Assembly: GCF_009914755.1 (NCBI RefSeq)
Contig: NC_060934.1
DNA: 64,000 bases
Direction: 5' to 3' (one strand)
Source: the human T2T-CHM13v2.0 reference genome, Homo sapiens
Shown: positions 30,158 to 47,493 of the stretch, in pieces
Numbering within the stretch: the stretch's first letter is position 1
Layout of the letters: the number at the start of each line of letters is the position of its first letter
Translations under genes and position numbers: made by a program
The notes under the pieces: generated by a model
The model's database searches: none
What the model was told of the DNA's origin: nothing
What the model saw: only the letters and a program-made list of their open reading frames with translations

Positions 30158-30452
30158 CTATTTATTTGAGACAGAGTCTTGCTCTGTTGCCCAGGCTGGG
30201 GTACACTGGCACAATCATGGCTCACTGCAACCTTGAACTCCTGGGCTCAAGAGATTCTCCCACTTCAGCCTCCAGAGTAGCTGGGACTGTAGGCACACAA
30301 CACCACACCTGGCTAATTTTTAAATATTTTTCGGGTCTTGCTATGTTGCCCAGTCTGGCTTGAACTCCTGGGCTCAAGTGATCTTACCAAAGTGCCTTGA
30401 CCTTGGCCTCCTAAAGCGCTGGGATTACAGGTGTGAGCCACTGTGCCTGGCC
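30158..30452 (-). mobile_element. AluJ
   Basis: Reverse Alu abutting the STR. Confidence 0.85.
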
Positions 30453-30530
30453 CAGGCTTTCTTTATAAAACAGTGTCGAAAATAACATGTTACACCATTA
30501 CTTTCCTCACTTTTAAAACGCAACAAAACT

Positions 30531-30973
<443 letters not shown>

Positions 30974-30985
30974 TTAAGCAAATAG

Positions 30986-31082
30986 TAGTAAAGACCACTA
31001 TTTATTTATCTACATGGTAGTAAAGACTACCATTTATTTATCTACATGGTAGTAAGGACCACCTTTATTTAGCTACATATGG
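30986..31082. repeat. Minisatellite, 32 bp x 3
   Basis: TAGTAAAGACCACYATTTATTTATCTACATGG-like units at 30986, 31018, 31050. Confidence 0.9.
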
Positions 31083-31413
31083 CTTTCTTCCAACTAGTGG
31101 GAAAACAGGAAACAAAATGATCCATTATTATCATTGCCATGCCTCAATACGACCGAGACAAGGAATCATACAATTAAACATGATTAAGCTCAGGAAGCAG
31201 GGCACATTTAAACATTAACAAAATTTTGTAATTTTAAAAAGCTGGCATGGAAATGAGATTATAAAAAGGTGCAGCCAGTTTCTGGTTATGTACAGGAAGC
31301 AGTGATAAAATTAACTATAATGAAAACTACCTGAATGTCTTACTCCTCGGGCCGATTTATAATATGCTCATGCTTCTTGCTCCTCAGAGAGAGAAACAGC
31401 TGCTCAAGTACTC

Positions 31414-31457
31414 GTGTGTGTGCGTGTGTGTGTGTGTGCGTGTGTGTTTGTGTGTGT
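31414..31457. repeat. (TG)n microsatellite, interrupted
   Basis: gtgtgtgtgcgtgtgtg.. Confidence 0.9.
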
Positions 31458-31501
31458 ACTGTACTGTACTTTTCTTAGCTTTCAGAACAAAGAAAATAAG
31501 T

Positions 31502-31773
31502 GGGTTGGGTGTGGCTGCCTATGCCTGTAATCCCAGTACTTTTGGAGTCCAGGGTAGGAGGATCTTTGAGCGCAGGAGTTTGAGACGAGCCTGGGCAACA
31601 TGGTGAAACTCCATCTCTACAAAAAATACAAAAAAATTGGCCAGACTTAGTGGTGCATGCCTATAGTCCCAACTACTCAGGAGGCTGAGATGGGAAAATC
31701 ACCTAAGCCTGGGAAGTTGAGGCAACAATGAGCTGAGATGGTGCCTCTGAAAAAAAAAAAAAAAAAAAAAAAA
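31502..31773 (+). mobile_element. AluJ with shortened right arm
   Basis: Ends GAGATGGTGCCTCTG followed by long A run. Confidence 0.85.
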
Positions 31774-31844
31774 GACCATGGAGTAAGTAGTCTATGTAGG
31801 AAGTACAAAAAGCAGCTGGATTTTGATTTTTTTTTTTGTATTTG

Positions 31845-32140
31845 TTTAACTCAATTATTCAATGAATTACTCATTGGGTGTCTACCATTGGCAGGCATAG
31901 GGCACAGACCTGGCAGGACCGAGATGATGAAGACACAGTTCTTGGCCTTCTGGTTTTCACCTTTAGTCAGTTAGATAAGGTGTACTCCCAAATATGGTAG
32001 GAAAGGGGGGTATCATGGAAAGATCCAGAACTCCCAGCTGGTGGGTTGTTTAATCTGCTGCATTTGGTTACTGATAAGGACGTGAGGGACAATAAGGGAG
32101 GTGAGGACCTGTGGCTCCAAGAACAGGAGCCAGAGGTGGT
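31845..32140 (-). mobile_element. L2 3' fragment
   Basis: attcaatgaattactcattgggtgtctac..aagacacagttcttggcc. Confidence 0.55.
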
Positions 32141-32595
32141 AGAAGGCACAAGAGGTAGAACGACCAGCTCTGGGCTCAGGCAGCTCTCAGGCCACTTGGC
32201 AGGAGTGAGTGGGTTTCCCTGTAACACTGGGCCATGAGTGGGACCCACGGACGCCGTCTGCTCCTTTCTGACCTGCTCCGAGTGTCTTCTTCTGCTTCTG
32301 CATCCTTTCTGTTCTTCTACCTGGCTCACAGAAGGCCTGGCACAGCTCAGCCTGCATCTCAGGACCATTCAGCCGCTATTCTCAACCCCTGCTGGGTTCT
32401 TAGTTCAATCCCAGGAAAAGAAAGGGGACGAGAGCTGCTGGGTCCCACCTGCGGCCACACTATGGACTGGTTACCCCCAAGCTGGGTGCCCACTCCAGAT
32501 CCAACAGCCATGGCTGGGAGGGATAGGGCCACAGGACACAAGCCCCTCGGCTGCCAGGGGCAGGCGGTGTGACTCTCATCTCCAGTGGATGTTCA

Positions 32596-33065
<470 letters not shown>

Positions 33066-33491
33066 AAAGTTGAGGCCATATCCCGGAGGCCAGGGAGTGT
33101 GAGTTGGCAGAATGGATTTTACTCTGTAGGCCAAGGCGAGCCAGGAAGGGACAGAAAGAACTGGAGCTCCACCTCAGGTAGACCCAACGGGCAGTTTAGC
33201 GCACGGTGTGTTGGAGAGCAGAGACTCGAGTTAGAAAGTCTAGCTTCTCCTTCCGAAATCTGGCTCCAATCCTAAGTCAAAGGCTAAAGACGTGTACCCC
33301 ACAGGGGGGCTACTGCAGTGGTCTTGGTAGAGATCAACAGGGCCTGTGTCAGGGCATGGGCATGGCAATGCTGTGGGCACGCATGGGCAGGGGGAAGGAA
33401 TGCCAGCGTGCATGGGCACAGAACCGATGACTGTGACATCAGGCTCGCTGCAGCCATATTCCACTCATGGAGATATAAGAAGGGGAGAAGA

Positions 33492-33796
33492 GGCCAGGTG
33501 CGGTGGCTCATGCCTGTAATCCCAGCACTTTGGGAAGCTGAGGGGGGCAGATCACGAGGTCAGGAGATTGAGGCCATCCTGGCCAACATGGTGAAACCAC
33601 GTCTCTACTAACAATACCAAAATTAGCTGGGTGCAGTGGCACGTGTGTGTAGTCCCAGCTACTCAGCAGGCTAAGGCAGGAGAATCACTTGAACCCAGGA
33701 GGCAGAGGTTGCAATGAGCCGAGATCGCGCCACTGTACTCCAGCCTGGCAACAGAGCGAGACACCATCGCAAAAAAAAAAAAAAAAAAAAAAAAAA
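33492..33796 (+). mobile_element. AluSc-like
   Basis: 15-bp TSD AAGAAGGGGAGAAGA at 33477-33491 and 33797-33811. Confidence 0.93.
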
Positions 33797-34854
33797 AAGA
33801 AGGGGAGAAGAAGGTTGTGTGTGACTGCTGCTTAGGCAGAAGGAGACTGCAGGGGGCACCCCACTCAGGTGCTGGGTCCTGGAGGAACCCTGTAGAGACT
33901 TGAGAGGAGACAGTGAAGTGTCCAGCTGTCAGGGCCAGCAGGGTGGCCATGAGGAGCAGAACACGGAGCGGTGAGGAGGCTGGACAGCCACGATGGACGA
34001 AGTGTGGTGTCACTGCAGACCCTGCAGTTCAAGCTTTTACCACAAACACCTCACTAAGAACAGTGCTGCTCCCCAAGAGTGAGGGACAGTAAAACCACAC
34101 ATTGCCTCCTTCAGCATCTTAGTAAAGGGAAAGGTGGGGACAGTGGATGTTGAAGGTGGCTGTGAAGGAGAAGACAAGAGGCCGACAGTGAGCACGTGGG
34201 CCTAAAAGCCACGTCTGGCAGAAGAAGGGGTGCAGGCAGCCGGCTGTGTGGGAAGCCCTGTGTGTATAAATGCTGTAGCCTCGTCCCTTCCTTACCAGGG
34301 AGGACCTGGACAACCACAGAAGCCACCAGAGGCCCAGGGCCAGGGGATTGTCCAGCCCTGAGTGGAAGGGGTTGGATTTTATTCCAAGTACAATGGGAAA
34401 ACCATTGAAGATCCAAGCAAGGTGATTTGGTCACCCTCACTTTGTAAACACTTGATTACTGGTTTGGCAAGAGTGAAATGGGATAACCCGTGAAAAACCT
34501 ACTGCAGTGCCTGAGGGGACATGGTGGTATCCTGGATTTGTGAGGTGGCAATGCAGATGGAGACACCAACCTCATCAAAAGAATGAGATTCGAGGAGAGA
34601 AGAATCAAGGACAATTCCTCGAGTTTTGGCCTGAGTTTATAGTGGTATCAACTTAGGTAGACGTTTATACCATTGATCACGGGAAGGCCAAAAATATCAA
34701 GCTCTATGTGTCCATACTGAGTTGGAGGTGCCTGACAGGCCTCCAAGCAGAGGCGTCATCCAAGGCCCCATTTCAGTGGGGAGGGTCTGGGCTGGAGAGA
34801 CGGAATCAGGAGTAATTAGAGCATTGGAAGCCAGAGGCCTAGATGAGATGTTTA

Positions 34855-35259
<405 letters not shown>

Positions 35260-35271
35260 TCAGGCCCATGA

Positions 35272-35588
35272 TTTTTTATTTATTTATTTATTCACTTTTT
35301 TGAGACAGGGACTTACTCTGTCCCTCAGGCTGGAGTGCAGTGATACGATCACGGTTCACTGCAGCCTCGACCTCCTGGGCTCAAGTAATCCTCCTGTCTC
35401 AGTCTCCTGAGTAGCTGGGACTACAGGCGTGCAGTAGCATACACAGATTTTTTTTCATTTTTATTTTTAGTAGAGATGGAGTCTTGCTTAACTGCCCTGG
35501 CTGATCTTGAATGCCTGGTCTCAAGTGATCCTCCTGCCTTGGCCTCCCAAAGTGCTGGGATTACAGGTGTGAGCCATTGTGCCTGGCC
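35272..35588 (-). mobile_element. AluJ
   Basis: Reverse Alu tail-to-tail with previous copy; AGGCC(C)ATGATTT flanks. Confidence 0.9.
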
Positions 35589-36259
35589 AGGCCATGATTT
35601 AGATGGAATAGTATGCTCTTAGCACAGAAATGCATTTTACACAAGCATTGTCAATTCTAACCCCATATCAAGGAAAGCACAGTCCCTCAAACCTTCTTTG
35701 TGAGCTTTTCTGTGAGAGCAGGAGGGGCAAGATCATGTTTACAGACATCACAACCTGTGAGACAGGTTGAAAAAATAAGAGGGCAAGAGAGAGGATAAAG
35801 CCACACTGGCCTGCTTATTAGTCTTTAGGAGTGACCCTGTCCACTTGTAAGTGAGGCAGAGGCAGTGCCCTGGACTGTGGCCCAAACAAGATGAACATGC
35901 TCTCCATTGGAGAGGAAAGGGATGGTGGTACACAGAGTGGGACAGCCCCTCCTTTTCTCTCACACACTTACAGTGAACTGATAGTTTAATCAAATTCAAA
36001 TGTGGTGTGCCTCACAGGGAAAATAGATGCTATGTCCCAGCTGTGGATAAATTCACTGCTATCACCATCCAACAATAAGTGGATTCCAGATCAGGTTCCA
36101 AGATGGCCGAATAGGAACAGCTCCAGTCTACAGCTCCCAAGGTGAGCGATGCAGAAGACGGGTGATTTCTGCATTTCCAACTGAGGTACCAGGTTCATCT
36201 CACTGGGGCTTGTCGGACAGTAGGTGCAGCCCACGGAGCATGGCGGAGCATCGCCTCAC

Positions 36260-36514
36260 CTAGGAAGCGCAACGGGTCGGGGAATTCCCTTTCCTAGCCA
36301 AGGGAAGCTGTGACAGATGGTACCTGGAAAATCGGGACACTCCCACCCTAATACTGCACTTTTCTAACAGTCTTAGCAAACGGCACACCAGGAGATTATA
36401 TCCTGTGCCTGGCTCAGAGGGTCCCACGCCCATGGAGCCTCGCTCACTGCTAGCACAGCAGTCTGAGATTGAACTGCAAGGTGGTAGCAAGGCTGGGGGA
36501 GGAGCATCTGCCAT
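36260..36514 (-). CDS. L1 ORF0 homolog, open (84 aa)
   Basis: GCAATGG start context; MADAPPPALLPPCSSISDCCASSERGSMGVGPSEPGTGYNLLVCRLL...RVGVSRFSR resembles recalled primate L1 ORF0 (MAGAPPPASLPPCSLISDCCAS...). Homology is clear; expression unknown. Confidence 0.6.
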   Translation of the reverse strand: MADAPPPALLPPCSSISDCCASSERGSMGVGPSEPGTGYNLLVCRLLRLLEKCSIRVGVSRFSRYHLSQLPLARKGNSPTRCAS

Positions 36515-37088
36515 TGCTGAGGCTTGAGTAGCCAAACAAAATGGCTGGGAAGCTCGAACTGGGTGGAGCTCACCACAGCTCAAGGAAGCCTGCCTGCCTC
36601 TGTAGACTCCACCTCTGGGGGCAGGGCATAGCTGAACGAAAGGCAGCAGAAACTTCTGCAGACTTAAACGTCCCTGTTTGACAGCTCTGAACAGAGTAGT
36701 GGTTCTCCAGCACAGAGTTTGAGATCTGAGAACGGACAGACTGCCCTCTCAAGTAGGTCCCCGACCCCCGAGTAGCCTAACTGGGAGACACCTCCCAGTA
36801 GGGGCCGACTGACACCTCATACGGCTGGGTGCCCCTTTGAGACAAAGCTTCCAGAGGAAGGATCAGGCAGCAACATTTGCTGTTCTGCAATATTTGCTGT
36901 TCTGCAGCCTCCGCTGGTGATACCCAGGCAAACAGAGTCTGTAGTGGACCTTTAGCAAACTCCAACAGACCTGCAGCTGAGGGTCCTGACTGTTAGAAGG
37001 AAAACTAACAAACAGAAAGGACATCCACACCAAAACCCCATCTGTACGTCACCATCATCAAAGACCAAAGATAGATAAAACCACAAAG

Positions 37089-38115
37089 ATGGGGAGAAAC
37101 CAGAGCAGAAAAGCTGAAAATTCTAAAAATCAGAGCGCCTATTCTCCTCAAAAGGAATGCAGCTCCTCGCCAGCAATGGAACAAAGCTGGACAGAGAATG
37201 ACTTTGATGAGCTGACAGAAGAATGCTTCAGACGATCGGTAATAACAAACTTCTCTGAGCTAAAGGAAGATGTTCGAACCCATTGCAAAGAAGCTAAAAA
37301 CCTTGAAAAAAGATTAGACAAATGGCTAACTAGAATAAACAGCGTAGAGAAGACCTTAAATGACCTGATGGAGCTGAAAACCATGGCACAAGAACTATGT
37401 GACACATGCACAAGCTTCAGTAGCAGATTCAATCAAGTAGAAGAAAGGGTATCAGCGACTGAAGATCAAATGAATGAAATAAAGCGAGAAGAGAAGTTTA
37501 GAGAAATAAAGTAAAAAGAAATGAACAAAGCCTCCAAGAAATATGGGACTATGTGAAAAGACCAAATTTACGTCTGATTGGTGTACCTGAAAGTGACGGG
37601 GAGAATGGAACCAAGTTGGAAAACACTCTGCAGGATATTATACAGGAGAACTTCCCCAACCTAGCAAGGCAGGCCAACATTCAAATTCAGGAAAAACAGA
37701 ATGCCACAAAGATACTCCTCGAGAAGAGCAACTCCAAGACACATAATTGTCAGATTCACCAAAGTTGAAATGAAGGAAAAAATGTTAAGGGCAGCCAGAG
37801 ACAAAGGTCGGATTACCCACAAAGGGAAGCCCATCAGACTAACAGCAGGTCTCTCGGCAGAAACTTTACAAGCCAGAAGACAGAGTGGGGGCCAATATTC
37901 AACATTCTTAAAGAAAAGAATTTTCAACCCAGAATTTCATATCCAGCCAAACTAAGCTTCATAAGTGAAGGAGAAATAAAATCCTTTACAGACAAGCAAA
38001 TGCTGAGAGATTTTGTCACCATCAGGCCTGCCTTACAAGAGCTCCTGAAGGAAGCACTAAACATGGAAAGGAACAACCAGTAACCAGCCACTGCAAAAAC
38101 ATGCCAAATTCTAAA
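37089..38115 (+). pseudogene. L1 ORF1 (frameshifted)
   Basis: MGRNQSRKAENSKNQSA..., KRPNLRLIGVPESDGENG..., TPRHIIVRFTKVEMKEK... spread over different frames; end approximate. Confidence 0.92.
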
Positions 38116-38177
38116 GACCACTGATGCTAGGAAGAAACTGCATCAACTAATGAGCAAAATAACCAGCTAACATCATA

Positions 38178-41217
<3,040 letters not shown>

Positions 41218-41432
41218 ACAATGAGAACATTTGGACACAGAGTGGGAAACATTACACACCGGGGCCTGTCGTGGGGTTGGGGGAGTGGGGAGGGATAGCA
41301 TTAGGAGATATACCTAATGTAAATGACGAGTTAATGGGTGCAGTACACCAACATGGCACATGTATACAGATGTAACAAACCTGCATGTTGTGCACATGCA
41401 CCCTAGAACTTAAAGTATGATGTATAATTTAA

Positions 41433-41754
<322 letters not shown>

Positions 41755-41809
41755 TAAGATTTTAGTAGGTGGCCCAAAACTGACTGTTGTTTCTCTTTTT
41801 AATTATTGT

Positions 41810-42012
41810 ACATACCAAAATAATGAAAAGAGTAAATTTCAAATGTCTCACTATAAAAAATGTTAGGCAAGTGAGGTGATAGACAAGTTAATGATGGGTT
41901 AATGTGTTTGATTTAATCAATCCACCTTGTATACAAACATCACATCACATTGTACACCATAAATGTATACAATAATGTATCCATCAAAAATAACAATAAA
42001 AACTGAAAAAAA
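41810..42012 (+). mobile_element. L1MA-type 3' end
   Basis: aaatgtctcac..gtgaggtgat..gatttaatca..catcacattgtacaccataaat..caataaaaa. Confidence 0.75.
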
Positions 42013-42024
42013 TATTAAATATAC

Positions 42025-42117
42025 CTTGGAATCCTGATACTATTTGGACGACATCTTCATATACCATTAGAGTGGCAGAGCGTTCTGGAAGCAGGCCAAG
42101 GCTCAGAGAGGAAAATA
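42025..42117 (-). CDS. FAM171A1: FAM171A1 coding exon 3 (93 nt, phase 1-1)
   Basis: Minus strand ctttttcctgcag|TA TTT TCC...TTC CAA G|gtatat; translates [31 protein letters not shown] and joins exons 2 and 4 in frame; not in ORF track. Confidence 0.95.
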
Positions 42118-42346
42118 CTGCAGGAAAAAGAAATGGATAGAAGGGGATTTTAATAGTCATATTTAAGTGCCTACTCTAATTTTTGGGATACTCTGCAGTT
42201 TTTGTATTTTCTGATTTCAAATCAATTAATACAATTAATTTTTAGTTAGATTAGCAAAAGACCTTCAAAATGCTACAAGTGTATTGCAGTATCTCATATA
42301 ACAATTACTTGCCTTACAATGGTCATCTTTTTTCATTTGTTAGAAG

Positions 42347-42648
<302 letters not shown>

Positions 42649-42854
42649 AGAAGTTTTCAGTAAAGTAACTAAGCCTCTTCACATTAGGAGTATATGAAAG
42701 TTATCATGTATACACTACATGAATGTAGAATACATAATGTTAGATGTTAACATTAAGAATGGCTTTAAAAATACGTGTCTAGGTTAATGTGTACCTCATG
42801 GTAAAAGAATATTCCCCCAATCCTGGGAACTAATAACATGATAGAAATTGTGCT

Positions 42855-43157
42855 TTTCATTTTTATTTTTTTGAGACACGGTCTCACTCTGTCACTCAGG
42901 CTGGAGTGCAGTGGCACGGTTAGAACTCACTGTAGCCTCGACCTCCCAGGCTCAAGTATCCCTGCTGCCTTAGTCTCTCAAATAGTTGGGACCATGGGTG
43001 TGCACCACTGCACCCAGCTAATTTTCAAAATTTTTTGTAGAGACAGGGTCTCCATATGTTGCCCAGGTTACTCTCAAACTCCTGGGCTCAAGCAATCCTT
43101 CCCACCTTTGCCTTCCAAAGTCCTGGGATTATAGGCTAGAGCCACTGCACCTAGCCA
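42855..43157 (-). mobile_element. AluJ
   Basis: Diverged reverse Alu. Confidence 0.87.
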
Positions 43158-43387
43158 AGTTATGCTATTTTCAAACTCTTGCTTAAGTACCTGGATTTCT
43201 AAAAAATTTTAGAAACCCCACAAATTTCTGGGTAAAACATGAATTTAAGAGAAAAACAAATAAATGCATTATAGAATAATAATCATCACTCACATTACTG
43301 AACCTTTACTAACAGGACAAACAGTATTCTAAGTGCTTTAATTTTAGTAATTTATTTAAGCTTCAAAACAGCTCTATCACTTAGGCA

Positions 43388-43693
<306 letters not shown>

Positions 43694-43934
43694 TCTGAAG
43701 TAGGCATTATTAACATGCCCATTTCACAGGTAAGGAAACAGGTTTACAGATGAGGAAGTAACTCACCCAATATCCCACAGCTAATAAATGCCAGGGCTAC
43801 GATTTGAACTCTGGAGTTCTCAACCACTATGAGACATGGAAAAGTTGGCCTAGAGAGGTAAATGACATTCTGGGAAAACATCAGGATCTAGAAGATAAGT
43901 GCTAAGAAGATCAGTCACTTCACAGTGCTGGCTC

Positions 43935-44225
43935 TTTTTTTTTGAGATGCAGTTTCGCTCTTGCTACCCAGGCTGGAGTGCAGTGGTGCAATCTTGGCTC
44001 ACTCCAGCCTCTGCCTCCCACGTTCAAGCTATCCTCCTGCCACAGCCTCCTGAGTAGCTGGAATTACAGGTGTGCATCACCATGCCTGGCTAATTGTGTA
44101 TTTTTAGTAGTGATGGGGTTTCGTCACATTGGCCAGGCTGGTCTCAAATTCCTGGCCTCAAGTGATCTGCCCTCCTCGGCCTCCCAAAGTGCTGGGATTA
44201 CAGGCATGAGCCACCGTGCCCGGGT
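43935..44225 (-). mobile_element. AluS
   Basis: TSD CAGTGCTGGCTCTT. Confidence 0.92.
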
Positions 44226-44494
44226 AAGCAGTGCTGGCTCTTAGTGCCATAGGGCACCAGTGAGTTGGCCGTGGATGTGACCTCTTTTCACTCAGCCTCC
44301 ACACAGTCAATTTATTTAGCTGTCATCATATACGAGGCTCAGATCTACACCCTGGGTGGAACAGATCAGTGTTAGAAGCAGCCTGTGCCTTCAAGAGTTA
44401 TGCATTGCAAGGGTACTAGACTTGAAACAAGTAGCTGTACGACACGCAGAATGGGCCAGGTACCAGGAGAAAGACAAGAATAGCAGCTTGGTGC

Positions 44495-44990
44495 TGCAGA
44501 AACAGCCTGGGAGTTCCTCAAATATTAAACACAGAGTGACCCCAGGATGCAGCAATTCCACTCCTACGTATAAACCCAAGAGAACCGAAAACCTACGTTC
44601 ATACAGAAACTCACACATCGATGTTTGCAGCAGCATTATCCGTAACAGCCGAAAAGCGGAGACAACACACGTAAATGTCTATCGGCTGATGAATGGATAA
44701 AGTGTGGTATTGTCTATATGAGGGAATATTATTCACTCATGAAAGGGAAGGTGGTACTGACATGTGCTACAACGTGGATCAATCTTGGAAACATCAGGCT
44801 GAGCGAAAGACGCCAGACACAAAAAGCCACGTATTCCAAGATTCCAGTTCTATGGGATGTGCAGAATAGGCAAATCTAGAGAGACAGAGGGTAGATTAGT
44901 GGTTGCCAGGGGCTGGGAGGTGTGGGAAAGAGTGAGTTGGTGCTAATAGGTATGGGGTTTTGGGGGTGAGGAAACATTCTGCAATTAGTC
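44495..44990 (+). mobile_element. L1MB-type 3' fragment
   Basis: gcaattccactcct..gatgaatggataaa..catgtgctacaacgtggat..gattagtggttgccaggggctggga. Confidence 0.8.
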
Positions 44991-45805
44991 ACTGTTGGGA
45001 GGAACCCCAACTTGGGTAAATCCCGCATGACCACTTCGTAGGTAAACTATTATCAGCGATCCTTTCACCTAAGGCACAGGGCACCTCCTGGCGAGGAGGA
45101 ATGGGCAGGATTGTCCTAGCAGATGCTGCTGGTAGGAAGCAGCACACCTCAAAACCCGGGCTAGGGTTACACTCCATGCCCTCCTAAACGAGGATGCCTG
45201 GGTCTTCCTGCTCCATTGCAGAGCTCCCGCGGCGACTGCAGACATTTACAAGGCCCTGACCACCTCTGAGCTGACCGGTTTGGGGGGCTCGGAGCTCCGA
45301 AATCACCTGTGATCATCCCCTGAGAGGTGTGTGACCATCGCAGTGTGTTTTGAAAATGTTTCTCACCTAAAATATTTGGTACTTTCATATATAAGGCAGC
45401 TGCTCTGGCAAATTGTTTCTCAAACTTTATTTCCTAAAGGAGAGAAAAATGATTCCTTGTTTTACTTTTTTAGGCCTTTCTTTGAATTCTAAAACACATG
45501 ATTTCTTGTAACAAGCTTGGCACCAGCAGGGACTTCCCGGGGCAGAGGACAGGGACTAGGGATGCAATCAAGCAGTGCCCAGGTGGGTGAAGGCAGCAGA
45601 GAGACGGAGATCCGTGGGTAGTGCTGCTTTTTTCCCATCACAGAGGGGAGGCTGATTGATGTCTGGAGGTGCTGTTCATACCAAGTAGATTTTTTTTTTT
45701 GATACCTAGAGGGAAAGGAACATCTCATTCTACCCAGGAAAGGCAGGAAGATTTTTTGACGCAGAAAACAGTCCAGCTGGGCTTTATGGGATAAAAGAAG
45801 TTTGC

Positions 45806-46465
<660 letters not shown>

Positions 46466-47087
46466 TTAATACATGAACTGCACATATATATTTTCATACA
46501 CAAATGCTCAGTCATATTGTGGGTGGTCTGTGGGGTAGAACAACTGGACTGGAGGCCATTGCCATGGTCCTGGACCATCGCTAAGGACCTGGGCCAGGGT
46601 GATCGCTGCAGAGACAGCAATAATTAAGACGTAGAATGACAGCCTTTAGTGGATGGACTGCATCTCCTATGGCTAAGTTTATTCTTACCTGCCTGCCACG
46701 GGTGGAGGGTGTTTTCCTTATGCTGGGTTCCTCCCTCTCCTCCCTTCCTTGAAAGTGAAAAAAACCTCAACACATCCTCCAGGAACTATTGTTAAGGATG
46801 AAAAAGGAAATCCGTTTCTGGGTTTCGTAAGAATGCTCATGCACACACAAGCAGTGTGCTGCACACGTGTGGGAAAGAAGGCATTTTTTAGTTTCAAATT
46901 TTCAACATATTTTAGAAGAGGCTCCCAGCTCTTCTCACTTCCTTGCCCAGTTATCTGCAATACCAGAAGTGTTAGTGTTCATCTCCAAAAATATGCACAA
47001 AAGCAAATTGACTCTGCTTTTCACAATAGGCTAAATTTTTTTGTCTAAATTTTGGAGATGTTTCCTGTTAAGTTCTAGTTAAGAGCA

Positions 47088-47493
47088 TAACATGGTTTGG
47101 ATCTGCGTCCCTGCCCAAATCTCACGTCGAATTGTAACCCCCAGTGTTGGAGGTAGGGCCTGATGGGAGGTGATTGGATCATGGGGGCAGTTTCTCATGA
47201 ATGGTTTAGCACCATCTCCTGGTGCTATTCTTGTGATCATGAGTGAGTTCTCACGAGATCTGGTTGTTTCAAGGTGTGTAGCACCTCTACCCTCTCTCTC
47301 TTCCTCCTGTTCTGGCCATGTGAAATGTCTCACTTCCCTTTTGCCTTTTGCCATGATCGGAAGCTTCCTGAGGCTTCCCCAGAAGCAGAAGATGCCATGC
47401 CTCCTGTATCTCCTCCAGAACTGTGGGCCAGTTACACTTCTTTTCTTTATAAATTATCCAGTCTCAGCTATTTCTTTATAGTGGACTAATACA
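47088..47493 (+). mobile_element. MSTA-like MaLR solo LTR
   Basis: ATGGTTTGGATCTG..CCCAAATCTCA..GGAGGTGATTGGATCATGGGGG..GACTAATACA; 5-bp TSD GAG(C/T)A. Confidence 0.88.

Noticed and set aside
41261-41294. G-quadruplex-like tract
   Set aside because: Standard L1 3'UTR polypurine tract, not novel
45005-45019. CCC CAA CTT GGG = PQLG, resembling the recalled downstream FAM171A1 motif APQLGYW
   Set aside because: Wrong strand, wrong order, immediately followed by a stop; coincidence
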